From positions 1 through 59,663 of the forward strand of contig JASLZZ010000096.1 in the NCBI GenBank assembly GCA_030754595.1: DNA of 59,663 nt, written 5' to 3'. Below the pieces are notes generated by a model. It was not told the origin of the DNA. It ran no database searches and was given only the letters and a program-made list of their open reading frames with translations. This stretch comes from Nitrospinota bacterium. GTDB lineage: Bacteria > UBA8248. The translations under genes were made by a program, and so were the position numbers. Of this stretch, positions 40,255 to 49,877 are shown one piece after another. Positions within the stretch are counted from its first letter, which is position 1; every line of letters starts with the position of its first letter.

Positions 40255-41244
40255 ATGTCCCTTCATATCGGCATCAACGTCAATACCCGTATTCCGGTAA
40301 TCTATCCCGAACACTACACCGAGGCGGAGTTGCTCGACCTCGCCGTCGAAATCGAAGAGAGCGGATACGATTCCATATGGGTCGGTGACAGCATGTACCA
40401 GAAATCGCGCCTGGAGGCGTTGACCGTCCTGGGAGCCATCGCGGCACGCACCCGGCGGGTGCGGCTCGGCACGGCCGCCATCGTCTCCCCCCTCAGACAC
40501 ACTATCTGGCTTGCGCTGGGTTGGGCCACGTTGGACCGGATTTCCCGGGGCAGGACGATCCTCGGCGTTTGCGTTGGCGCCGAACGCCCCCAGCCCGGTG
40601 TGACCGGAGAGTTCGAGGCCGCCGGTGCGGATATGAAAAAGCGCGGGAAGACGATCCGCGAGCAGATCGAGGTGATTCGAAAAGTGTGGTCAACGGAAAC
40701 GTTTGATTACGACGGAGAGATTCATCAACTCAAGGGCGTTAGCTGTGAACTCGAAACCGTCCAGAAACCCGCCCCCCCCATCTGGATTTCGAGTAATCCG
40801 CACGTCGGGAATCTTTCCGAGAAAATTCTCGATACGATGGCCCGCCGCATAGTGGACCACGCCGATGGGTGGATGACCTGCTCCGCCTCCCCGGAGGAGT
40901 TTGCCCCCTTTTGGGAGCGGGTCCAGGCAGCCGCGAAGGAGGCCGGCCGCGAGGCAGCGTCCATCGAAGGGGCCTATCATCTTTTGTGTCATATCGATAA
41001 CGACCGGAGGAAGGCCATGGCCGAAGGAACCGAAGTGGTCAATAAGTACTATCACGCCAATTATGAATCGTTGATGGACGTGAGGTGGGGGGTGGACAGC
41101 TACGGGACCGCGGAGGACTGCATCCGTCAAATCCAGGGCCTTGCGGATGCGGGCTGCCGAAATTTTGCGGTGCGCTTCGCGGCCAAGAATCAGCGGGAGC
41201 AGTTGCGGCGATTTACAGAGGATGTCCTTCCCGCTTTACATTAA
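40255..41244 (+). CDS. LLM-class flavin-dependent oxidoreductase
   Basis: DSIWVGDS, LGAIAARTRRVRLGT, ATLDRISRGR, ADGW. Confidence 0.88.
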   Translation: MSLHIGINVNTRIPVIYPEHYTEAELLDLAVEIEESGYDSIWVGDSMYQKSRLEALTVLGAIAARTRRVRLGTAAIVSPLRHTIWLALGWATLDRISRGRTILGVCVGAERPQPGVTGEFEAAGADMKKRGKTIREQIEVIRKVWSTETFDYDGEIHQLKGVSCELETVQKPAPPIWISSNPHVGNLSEKILDTMARRIVDHADGWMTCSASPEEFAPFWERVQAAAKEAGREAASIEGAYHLLCHIDNDRRKAMAEGTEVVNKYYHANYESLMDVRWGVDSYGTAEDCIRQIQGLADAGCRNFAVRFAAKNQREQLRRFTEDVLPALH

Positions 41245-41250
41245 TTTGAG

Positions 41251-41274
41251 TACTGTATATATATATACTGTCAA
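41251..41274. promoter_or_regulatory. GTATATATATATAC palindrome, (TA)6, next to TGTCAA
   Basis: Perfect 14-bp dyad at 41255-41268 upstream of the TRAP operon. Confidence 0.4.
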
Positions 41275-41511
41275 CATGGTGAATTCTTTAAGATTTAATG
41301 GCGCTTCCAGTTGCATCTGCATCCCATAATAAGTAGTTTAGGTGGATAATTATTCGGGTTAAAATATCCGAAAGTTACGGATCGGAGGAGAGGGAAGGTT
41401 TTTTCCTATTTTCTGTGCGAACATGTTTCTGGTAATTGAATCGTGGCCGGGGGAAGTTGGTTCTTTGTTTTTTAATCTTGAACAATCGTATTCACAAGTG
41501 GAGGGTTTTTG

Positions 41512-42483
41512 ATGCGAAAAGTTATGACATTTCTTTTGATTGGGGCATTTGCTCTCACGGGTATCCTGTCCGCGCAGAGCGCGGCTTTTGGCGCGACGCG
41601 GAACCTCACTCTCGCCACCGCCTCGACGGGCGGCAGTTGGTATCCCACGGGTGTCCTGCTGGCCCAGCTATGGTCCGAGAAAATTTCCGGGGTCAAGGTA
41701 ACAGCGAATCCCACCAAGGGGTCGGTCCAAAACTGCGACCTTCTCCGCCGGGACCACGTGGATATTGCGTATCAGCAGAACAACATCGCGAGACAGTGTT
41801 ACTTTGGTGTTGGCCGGTTCAAAAAGGCGCAGAAGGAAAATCGCCTTATGGCGGTCATGTTTCCGAGCCATTATCATCTGCTCGTGACAAAGCGTTCGGG
41901 CATCAAGAAACTCACGGACATTAAAGGGAAAAAATTCATCCCGGGCAGAAAGCGCAGCGGGAACATCTCCACCACAAAAGCCATCTTCGGCGTCTTGGGT
42001 TTCGGGTATAAAGACTTCAAGGTGGATTATCTGGGTCAGCGCGAGGCGGTTCAGGCGGTCCGGGACGGAAAGGTGGACGGTACTTTCGTGGTTGGCGGGG
42101 CGCCTATCGGCACCATCGTCGAGGCCCTGACGATTGCCGGTGGCCGTCTCAGTCTCGTTCCTTTCTCCCAAGCGGTAATGGATAAAGTCAACAAGAAACA
42201 CCCCTGGATCGTGAACGGTTTCGTCCGTGCTGGTCTTTACAAAGGATGGGACAAACCCACCAAAACGATGATGCACTCTGCCTTTTTGCTTACTAAAAAA
42301 GGTTTCAGCGCCGATCTCGTCTACAAGGTCGTCAAATCGACCTTTGGGAACCTCGGCCGGCTTCAAAAAGGGCATTCGACCTTCAAGAACATGACCATTA
42401 AGGACTTGAAGGGCGGTATGTCCATCGGGGTTCCGCTGCATGAAGGCGCCAAGAGATATTACAAAGAAGTGGGTGCGCTCTAG
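41512..42483 (+). CDS. TAXI-family TRAP transporter solute-binding subunit
   Basis: Signal peptide, ATASTGGSWY, TKGSVQN, VPLHEGAKRYYKE. Confidence 0.9.
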   Translation: MRKVMTFLLIGAFALTGILSAQSAAFGATRNLTLATASTGGSWYPTGVLLAQLWSEKISGVKVTANPTKGSVQNCDLLRRDHVDIAYQQNNIARQCYFGVGRFKKAQKENRLMAVMFPSHYHLLVTKRSGIKKLTDIKGKKFIPGRKRSGNISTTKAIFGVLGFGYKDFKVDYLGQREAVQAVRDGKVDGTFVVGGAPIGTIVEALTIAGGRLSLVPFSQAVMDKVNKKHPWIVNGFVRAGLYKGWDKPTKTMMHSAFLLTKKGFSADLVYKVVKSTFGNLGRLQKGHSTFKNMTIKDLKGGMSIGVPLHEGAKRYYKEVGAL

Positions 42484-42511
42484 TCAGAGGTCGTCCTAGA
42501 ATATTTCTATA

Positions 42512-42544
42512 AAGCGGGGGTGCCCTTAAGGGGCATCCCCGCTT
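42512..42544 (+). other. 14-bp stem-loop between the binding-protein and permease genes (mRNA stabiliser or partial terminator)
   Basis: AAGCGGGGGTGCCC-TTAAG-GGGCATCCCCGCTT with one G-U pair. Confidence 0.7.
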
Positions 42545-42615
42545 CGACACTTCCTTCCAATGCACGATCCTGCGCCTAGCAGGTGGATATGTGTTTGTTT
42601 TTCGGAGTTTGGTCC

Positions 42616-45114
42616 ATGGTGGATGAGGCCGATAAAAACGAATCCCTCCGCGGTGAAACGACCGATGAAGGCGTAATCATCCGGCGGCTCGAGGGCGGGC
42701 AGTACTATTTTTACGCCTCTATGGCGATTCTTATGTCGGGATTCGTCATATGGGTGAACACTTTCGGTTTCATGGAGTCCATCAACCGCAACGCGATCTA
42801 TCTCGGGTTTACCCTGGCGCTCATTTTTTTTGTGTACCCCGGGCGCAGGGCCGGCCGGCCCGGATCCAAGGCGTATTTATATTCTTTTGCAACGGTAGCG
42901 GTCGGGGTTTTGATTTGGCTCGTTTGGGGCGAGTGGTTCTGGGGATTCATGGTCGCGGCGGGCGGCCTGTATGCCGCGGCCTTGAACACCGAGGCCGTCT
43001 ATCCATCGTCGAGCCGCCTGGGATGGATTGACTGGACCCTTATTGTCATTGGCATCATGGTGGGGCTCTACACTTATATTTTCTGGGAAATCCGACAGGA
43101 TTCGAACGACGATCCGAATATCTTCGACTGGACGTTCGCCATTCTCGCCATTCTCATCATCGTGGAGGCCACGCGGCGCTGTGCGGGGCCGTGGCTCGCG
43201 GTGATATCCGTGTTCTTCTTGATTTATGGCTATTTTGGAAACGTACTTCCCTCATTCCTGGAGTTCGCCTCCCACCGGGGGATGGCGTGGGACCGTCTTC
43301 TGGAGATGATGTATCTCGAAGACAACGGGGTGTACGGAATCACACTGGGAGTCGCGTCAACTTTTATCTTTATATTCGTCCTGATGGGCGCATTTTTGTC
43401 CGTTTGCGGGACGGCGATGTTTTTCAACGAACTCGCGCTCGCCATCAGCGGCCGCTCGGCGGGCGGTCCGGCCAAGGTCGCCGTCATTGCCAGCGGAACC
43501 ATGGGAACCATCAGCGGCAGCGCGGTCGCGAACGTCGCAACCACCGGAACGTTCACCATCCCGCTCATGAAGCGCATCGGCTACAAGCCATATTACGCTG
43601 GCGCCGTGGAGGCGGCGGCGTCCACGGGCGGCCTGATCATGCCTCCCATCATGGGCACCGCGGCTTTCATCATGGTCGAGTACCTTTCCACTTCCTATCT
43701 GCGAATCATGATGGGAGCCGTCATCCCCGCGTTCCTTTATTATTTCGCGATTTTTTTGCAGGTGCATTTCGCGGCGCGCAAGGAGGGCCTGACGGGGCTG
43801 GATGAAAGCGAAATTCCCAAGCTGAGTGATGTGCTCCGCGAGGGGATTCATCTTTTGGTGCCCATCATCATGTTGATTGTCACCCTGTTCGTCAGCGGGC
43901 GGACGGCCCTTTTCGCCGGTGGCGCGGGAATCATGTGGGCGCTGACGATTATTTTCTGCGGAGATAAATACAAGCGCTTCCCGGTTGTTATGATGTTCGC
44001 GGCGATTGCTCTTCACATCATCGTCGCAATCCTGGCTCCCGATGGGTACCGCATGGAAGAAACCGGCGGTTTGGCGGTATTCGGCTGGCTGGTGAACACG
44101 ATGATTTACGATTCAATCTATCTCGTCACCCTCGCCGCGGTTTTCCTCAGCTTTGAATTGTGCGTATGGCGCGGCGGCGTATTAAGGTCGGGTATTATGG
44201 GGAATGTCCTGCTCTTGCTCGCTTTTTATCTGGTGACCATGGAGTCCTGGCTGGTTTGGATGGCGTTTCCCGCCGCTCTGGCCGGTTGGTATGTCCTGCG
44301 CGAGCAAGAATATTTTCAGGGCGTGGTTCTAAAGCTGCTCGATGTGCTTGTGTTGGGCGCGCGCTCCTCGCTGAGTGTCGGCATCGCATGCGCCATTGTC
44401 GGTTTCGTTGTGGGCGTGGCGCAGAGCACCAGCCTGAGCGCGGTTTTCGCCCAGAATATTGTTCACCTCTCGGGCGGGGTTCTTTTCTTCGCGCTTTTCT
44501 TCACCATGATTGCGTCCATCATATCGAGCATGGGGCTGCCGGCGACGGCGGTCTATATCGTCGTAATCACCGTGGTTATCGAGGCACTCATGAAAATGGG
44601 GATTACGGACTTCCCGGCTCACATGTTCGTTTTCTACTTCGGCATCCTCTCCAATGTGACACCGCCGGTTGCGCTGGCGAGCTATACGGCGGCGGGGATC
44701 AGCGGGGGCACCCCATGGGAGGTCGGGTGGACAGCGTTCCGAATCACCATGCCCGGGTTCATCATTCCGTATATGTTCGTTTACGAGCCCGCTCTTCTTC
44801 TGGAAGGCTCTGGGTTCGTTGGTGCGTTTTTCCCGTTCTTGGCCGCGCTGGCCGCTGTTTTCGCCATGAGCATAGCGGGAGAAGGATATTTGTTTAACCG
44901 GATAACGCCGTACGAGAGGATCATCATGTTTATCTCGGCCGGTCTGCTGGCTTTCCCCGGCGTGATAAGTCCGGTGGTGGGCGCCTGGTTGGGAGGAGGG
45001 ATGGCCCTGGCCGCATGGCCAGTCGCCGCGGCCGGGGTGCTTTTGTTGGGGCTGGGGGTCGCCTCCCAATGGATCAGGCGGCGGGATGTGGCCCTTGAAA
45101 TAGGCGGAGCCTAG
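42616..45114 (+). CDS. TRAP transporter fused permease (4TM/12TM)
   Basis: GGPAKVAV, SGSAVANV, EAAASTGG..MPPIMG, MGLP, TPPVA. Confidence 0.92.
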   Translation: MVDEADKNESLRGETTDEGVIIRRLEGGQYYFYASMAILMSGFVIWVNTFGFMESINRNAIYLGFTLALIFFVYPGRRAGRPGSKAYLYSFATVAVGVLIWLVWGEWFWGFMVAAGGLYAAALNTEAVYPSSSRLGWIDWTLIVIGIMVGLYTYIFWEIRQDSNDDPNIFDWTFAILAILIIVEATRRCAGPWLAVISVFFLIYGYFGNVLPSFLEFASHRGMAWDRLLEMMYLEDNGVYGITLGVASTFIFIFVLMGAFLSVCGTAMFFNELALAISGRSAGGPAKVAVIASGTMGTISGSAVANVATTGTFTIPLMKRIGYKPYYAGAVEAAASTGGLIMPPIMGTAAFIMVEYLSTSYLRIMMGAVIPAFLYYFAIFLQVHFAARKEGLTGLDESEIPKLSDVLREGIHLLVPIIMLIVTLFVSGRTALFAGGAGIMWALTIIFCGDKYKRFPVVMMFAAIALHIIVAILAPDGYRMEETGGLAVFGWLVNTMIYDSIYLVTLAAVFLSFELCVWRGGVLRSGIMGNVLLLLAFYLVTMESWLVWMAFPAALAGWYVLREQEYFQGVVLKLLDVLVLGARSSLSVGIACAIVGFVVGVAQSTSLSAVFAQNIVHLSGGVLFFALFFTMIASIISSMGLPATAVYIVVITVVIEALMKMGITDFPAHMFVFYFGILSNVTPPVALASYTAAGISGGTPWEVGWTAFRITMPGFIIPYMFVYEPALLLEGSGFVGAFFPFLAALAAVFAMSIAGEGYLFNRITPYERIIMFISAGLLAFPGVISPVVGAWLGGGMALAAWPVAAAGVLLLGLGVASQWIRRRDVALEIGGA

Positions 45115-45117
45115 GCG

Positions 45118-46020
45118 ATGGGAAATCCCGTTTACGTGTCCTACCTCATCGATTGCAATTGGCATGGTTTTTCTCCGCTCAAGCCCTCCAGCGTTTTTGC
45201 GGATGTCGGCTATACCGTCGGTACGCCTGAGAAAACCCGAATCCTTGAAGATATCAATACAGCTCTCGGGCTCGTTGAGCGTTCCCTGGGAGGAAAATGC
45301 AATTGGTCAATCCTGAGTCATCCCGATCAGCGGTACTTGCTTTATCGAGAGCCGTTTCTCGACTGTTGGCGGGAGGCCGTCCGCCAGGGCGGGGAGTTGA
45401 GTCTCCACCCACACGAGGATATCCCCAGGGAGGGTTCTCGAATTAAGGAAACGGGTTACATGCGTGCGGTCCTTGAGGATCTGAAAAACGTAATGGCCCG
45501 GGAGGGTCTTTCACCCAACTCCTTTCGCTCGGGGTATTTCGGGCGCAACGATGAACTTCCCGCAGTACTCGCGGAACTGGGTCTTGCCGTGGATTTTTCG
45601 TCCGCACCCGGCTACAAGGAACCCAGTGTGGAAGCCGACTGGGTGGGCGCGCCTCCGAGTGGCGGTTTTATCCGGGCGGGCGATGCCGCCTCCTACGGTC
45701 CCGGCGATGTGGACGAAGCCGGGGTTTTTATGATTCCGCTCGGATGGGACGGCGCCGGGGGGACATTCACGGAAAATTACCTGTTCAACGAGGCGGCGGA
45801 GCTCGATACGCTTCTCTCGGTTTATGCCGCGATTCGACGGCGGGCGGAGACCGAGGGGCCGCAGTTCGTTCAGTACCTTTTTCATCTGAGCGCGATGAAC
45901 GAACCTCGCTTTACCGAAAGGGTGGCGGATTTCGTCGGCCATCTGGTGCAAAACGGTGGCGTCATCGTCACCGGCTCGGAGGCCTCCGAGGTATTCCGGA
46001 AAGGGTCCCGGGTGGGCTGA
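45118..46020 (+). CDS. NodB/polysaccharide deacetylase-fold hypothetical hydrolase
   Basis: ELSLHPH and SFRSG motifs, N-terminal IDC acidic residue. Confidence 0.55.
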   Translation: MGNPVYVSYLIDCNWHGFSPLKPSSVFADVGYTVGTPEKTRILEDINTALGLVERSLGGKCNWSILSHPDQRYLLYREPFLDCWREAVRQGGELSLHPHEDIPREGSRIKETGYMRAVLEDLKNVMAREGLSPNSFRSGYFGRNDELPAVLAELGLAVDFSSAPGYKEPSVEADWVGAPPSGGFIRAGDAASYGPGDVDEAGVFMIPLGWDGAGGTFTENYLFNEAAELDTLLSVYAAIRRRAETEGPQFVQYLFHLSAMNEPRFTERVADFVGHLVQNGGVIVTGSEASEVFRKGSRVG

Positions 46021-46095
46021 GCCACCTTTAGCTTTCTGTCTTATTTTCTCTAATCTTCTTATGCTGTGGGGCATATTTAACTAGGGGGTCAAGAA

Positions 46096-48132
46096 GTGGC
46101 ATCGTATCGAATCGGAATTGATGTAGGAGGTACATTCACGGATCTCGTCTTGCTCAACGAGGAGAGCGGCGAAGTCCACCACACCAAAGTCCTCACTTCC
46201 TATCCAAATCCGGCGGAAGGGGTGCTCCGCACGCTGGATCGCGCGCTGGAGGAGACGGGGGTGGCGAGTGAAAATGTCAATATCATTCTTCACGGAACGA
46301 CGATTGCGACAAACTCCCTTCTCCAGCGCCGGGGTGCGCGAACGGCGCTCATTACGACCGAAGGGTTCAGGGATGTTCTCGAGATAGGCCGTCAGATTCG
46401 GCCGAGTCTCTTTGACTGGCGCGCGGAGAAGCCGCCCTCCCTCGCGCCCCGCCGCCGCCGCTTTGAGCTGCACGAGCGTGTTATAGCGGACGGTTCCGTG
46501 ATGGTGGAACCTTCGGACGAAGATTTCGAAAAGGTGGTCGAAAAAACACTCGCCTCCAAGCCCGAGGCGGTGGCGGTATCATTGTTGTTTTCCTTCTTGA
46601 ACCCCGCCTACGAGGAACGGCTGCTTGAAGAGCTTCTCAAGCGGCAACCCGATCTGTCGGTTTCTCTTTCATCGCGCGTTCTGCCTGAATACCGGGAGTT
46701 CGAGAGAACAAGCACCACTGTTGCCAACGCCTTTACTACACCGGTCCTGACGAACTACTCTGCCAAGCTCGAAGGAGCCTTGGGTGAGCGAGGGCTTGCC
46801 GCACAGCTCCGGCTGCTCCAGTCCAACGGCGGCATCGGGACAGTAGACGCCCTCAGCGAGCGTTGCATCAGCACGGCGCTCTCCGGTCCCGCGGGCGGGG
46901 TGACGGCGGCGGCCTACCTCTCTGTCCGCCACGGCCTTGGCGACTGCATCAGCTTCGATATGGGAGGAACTTCGAGCGATATCTGCCTCATTCGCGACGG
47001 CAAGCCGGAGTGGACGGTTGATGCGATGATCGGCGGTTTCCCGGTTCGTATTCCGATGATTGATGTTCATACTGTGGGCGCTGGCGGAGGAAGCGTCATC
47101 TGGGTGGACAGCGGCGGCGGTCTCCGGGTGGGCCCGCGCAGCGCGGGGAGCAACCCCGGCCCGGCCTGCTATGGGTTCGGCGGAGAAGAGCCCACCACCA
47201 CCGACGCACACATGGAGGTGGGCAGCCTCCAGACCGATTTTTTCGAGGGAAAGGACATTCCATTCCGCCCGGAGGCGGGTACGGAGGCGCTGCGAAAAGT
47301 GGGCTCGGAGGTCGGCATGGAGCCGGCCGAAACCGCGGCCGCGGCGCTCCAGGTAGTGAATCACAGCCTTGCCAAGGAGATCCGCGCCGTCTGTCTGACG
47401 CGGGGGTTCGATGCCTCGGATTTCACCCTGATCCCCTTCGGCGGCGCCGGGCAGCTTCATGCATGCGCCGTGGCCGAGGAATTAACGGTGGCGCAGGTTC
47501 ACCTGCCCAATGCGGCGGGTGTTCTATCGGCCCTGGGCGCTTCCCTGGCGGACTACCGCTACGACTTCTCGCGGGCGCTCATCCGGCGAAGCGCCGATGT
47601 GAAGCAGGACGATATCAGCAGCGGCTTCGGTCAGCTCGAAACGCTCGGCCAAGAGCGCTTGGCCGACTTTCCCGCCCGGGACGTGCGTATCGAGCGCTCG
47701 GTGGATCTGCGCTACGTGGGACAATCTTTCGAGATTAACGTTAACGCCACCCGGAACGGAGACCTCCTACCGGTGGCGGAAATCATCGACGACTTCCACC
47801 GGATGCACGAATTCACCTATGGTTTTTGCGACGTGGATGAACCAGTTGAATTTGTCAATTTGCGGATATCGGTTTTCGGCCTCACCTCAAAGCCGGAAGG
47901 GATTCTAAAATCCACAGCGAGCGATGGGGAGGAGGTCCGGGAGGTTTCCGTTCTTTCGTCAAATGGAGAAAAATCAGCCTACCGGCTGATCAATCGGGCC
48001 GGCCTTTCCGCGGGGGATAAGGTCGAAGGCTCTTCCATCATTTACGATGCATTCGCCACGGCGCTCGTTCCTGCCGGCTGGACGGGTGTGACGGACGAGA
48101 GCGGTCATATACTGCTCAAGATTGCGAATTAG
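46096..48132 (+). CDS. Hydantoinase/oxoprolinase subunit A (ATP-binding)
   Basis: GIDVGGTFTD, HGTTIATN, EYREFER, SGPAGG, DMGGTS, GAGGGS, DLRYVGQ. Confidence 0.93.
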   Translation: MASYRIGIDVGGTFTDLVLLNEESGEVHHTKVLTSYPNPAEGVLRTLDRALEETGVASENVNIILHGTTIATNSLLQRRGARTALITTEGFRDVLEIGRQIRPSLFDWRAEKPPSLAPRRRRFELHERVIADGSVMVEPSDEDFEKVVEKTLASKPEAVAVSLLFSFLNPAYEERLLEELLKRQPDLSVSLSSRVLPEYREFERTSTTVANAFTTPVLTNYSAKLEGALGERGLAAQLRLLQSNGGIGTVDALSERCISTALSGPAGGVTAAAYLSVRHGLGDCISFDMGGTSSDICLIRDGKPEWTVDAMIGGFPVRIPMIDVHTVGAGGGSVIWVDSGGGLRVGPRSAGSNPGPACYGFGGEEPTTTDAHMEVGSLQTDFFEGKDIPFRPEAGTEALRKVGSEVGMEPAETAAAALQVVNHSLAKEIRAVCLTRGFDASDFTLIPFGGAGQLHACAVAEELTVAQVHLPNAAGVLSALGASLADYRYDFSRALIRRSADVKQDDISSGFGQLETLGQERLADFPARDVRIERSVDLRYVGQSFEINVNATRNGDLLPVAEIIDDFHRMHEFTYGFCDVDEPVEFVNLRISVFGLTSKPEGILKSTASDGEEVREVSVLSSNGEKSAYRLINRAGLSAGDKVEGSSIIYDAFATALVPAGWTGVTDESGHILLKIAN

Positions 48133-48150
48133 CCAAGGGAGAATTTTGAG

Positions 48151-49848
48151 ATGGTTGCGGAAAACAACCGGGCGGATATCAGCCCGGCAATGATTGAGAT
48201 TATTAAAAATTCGCTGGTCGCCATCACGGATGAGATGGGGGTGTCACTGAAGAAATCCTCTTATTCTCCCAACATCAAGACACGCGAGGATCACACCTGT
48301 TCTCTGTTCAATCTGAAACTCGAGATGCTTTCTCAGACGGCGCATCAAATCGGCCACCTGGGGGCATTTCCCTTCATCATCAAGAAGACGATGGAGGAGC
48401 ACGACATCGACAGTCTTGAGCCCGGGGACGGCATCCTCGTGAACGATCCGTACCGCGGGGGGACGCATTTGCCGGACATCATTCTGATATCGCCTCTCTT
48501 CTATAAAGACAGGCTCTGGGGTTTTGTCGGGAACCTGGCGCACCACAGCGATGTGGGCGGGATGTCTCCGGGAAGCATGAGCGGGACGGCGACGGAGATC
48601 TTTCAAGAGGGAATTCGAATCCCTTCCGTCATGTACATGAGAAAGGGAAAGGTGGTTCCCGATATTCAGAAAATGATCCTAGCGAATGTGCGCACGCCAG
48701 AGGAACGCAAGGGAGACCTCGCCGCGCAAATCGCCGCGAACAACACGGCCATCCTCCGCGTGAACGAACTCATCGGTCATTATGGTTTCGATGACTTTAA
48801 TCGTTATTGCGATGCGCTCGTCGAATACTGCGAGCGGCGCATGCGCGCGGAGATACGGAAAATCCCCGATGGGGTGTACGACGGCGAGGACTTCATGGAT
48901 GACGACGGTTCGACCGACGAACCCATTCGTCTGAAATGCAAGCTCACCAAGAAAGATGACGAGATTACCTTCGACTTCGAGGGGACAAGCGAGCAGCGTC
49001 TGGGACCATGTAACGCGACTTTCTACATGACCATGTCGCTCGTCATGTACACCATGCGCTGCATTACGGATCCCGACATTCCGCAAAATGAGGGGTGTTA
49101 CCGGCCTCTTCATTTGAAAATTCCCAAGGGCGCGGCGCTGAATGCCAATTTTCCGGCAGCCTGCGCCGCGGGCTGGGAAATCTCTCGCCGGGGAATCGAT
49201 GTGGTTTGCCGCGCGCTCAAGGACGCCATGCCGGAAAGTGTCCCCGCCGGAAGCAATGGCGCGATGAACCAATTTTCTTTTGGTGGTCCCAGGCTGGATG
49301 GCGGCCAATACGCTTATTACGAGACCACGGGAGGCGGTTTTGGCGCGCGCTACGACAAGGACGGCATGGACGGTGTGCATTCGGTTTCAAACACGAAAAA
49401 CGCACCGGTCGAGGAGATGGAGCTCAACTATCCGGTCAGGTATCGCTGCTACGCGCTTCGGCCGGACAGCGAAGGCTCGGGTAAATTCCGTGGCGGAATC
49501 GGCATCAGGCGTGAGGTGACTTTTCTCACCGACGTGACGACCACTTCGATTTCCGATCGGGTAAAGTTCAAGCCGTGGGGCATCAAAGAGGGGGGAGGCG
49601 CGATTGGAAATAAATTCTTCATCGACACGCCCGATGGACCGAGGCCGATGAAGAGCAAGGATTTTCAGCGCGCCAAATCGGGCGAGACGCTCTGCATTCA
49701 TACAACGGGCGCCGGGGGCTATGGTCCCGTCGGCGAGCGCGACCCGGAGATGATTCGGATTGACGTTGCCGATGGAAAAATTTCTCCGGAACGGGCCCGC
49801 GAAGTCTATGGGTGGGACGGAAAACCCCCTGAAAACGATAATTTGTAG
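48151..49848 (+). CDS. Hydantoinase B/oxoprolinase subunit, copy 1
   Basis: NDPYRGGTHLPD, HHSDVGG, EIFQEG, GGGFGA, GKFRGG. Confidence 0.93.
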   Translation: MVAENNRADISPAMIEIIKNSLVAITDEMGVSLKKSSYSPNIKTREDHTCSLFNLKLEMLSQTAHQIGHLGAFPFIIKKTMEEHDIDSLEPGDGILVNDPYRGGTHLPDIILISPLFYKDRLWGFVGNLAHHSDVGGMSPGSMSGTATEIFQEGIRIPSVMYMRKGKVVPDIQKMILANVRTPEERKGDLAAQIAANNTAILRVNELIGHYGFDDFNRYCDALVEYCERRMRAEIRKIPDGVYDGEDFMDDDGSTDEPIRLKCKLTKKDDEITFDFEGTSEQRLGPCNATFYMTMSLVMYTMRCITDPDIPQNEGCYRPLHLKIPKGAALNANFPAACAAGWEISRRGIDVVCRALKDAMPESVPAGSNGAMNQFSFGGPRLDGGQYAYYETTGGGFGARYDKDGMDGVHSVSNTKNAPVEEMELNYPVRYRCYALRPDSEGSGKFRGGIGIRREVTFLTDVTTTSISDRVKFKPWGIKEGGGAIGNKFFIDTPDGPRPMKSKDFQRAKSGETLCIHTTGAGGYGPVGERDPEMIRIDVADGKISPERAREVYGWDGKPPENDNL

Positions 49849-49877
49849 CGCTTTTCTTGAATCCAGCGAGATTATCA

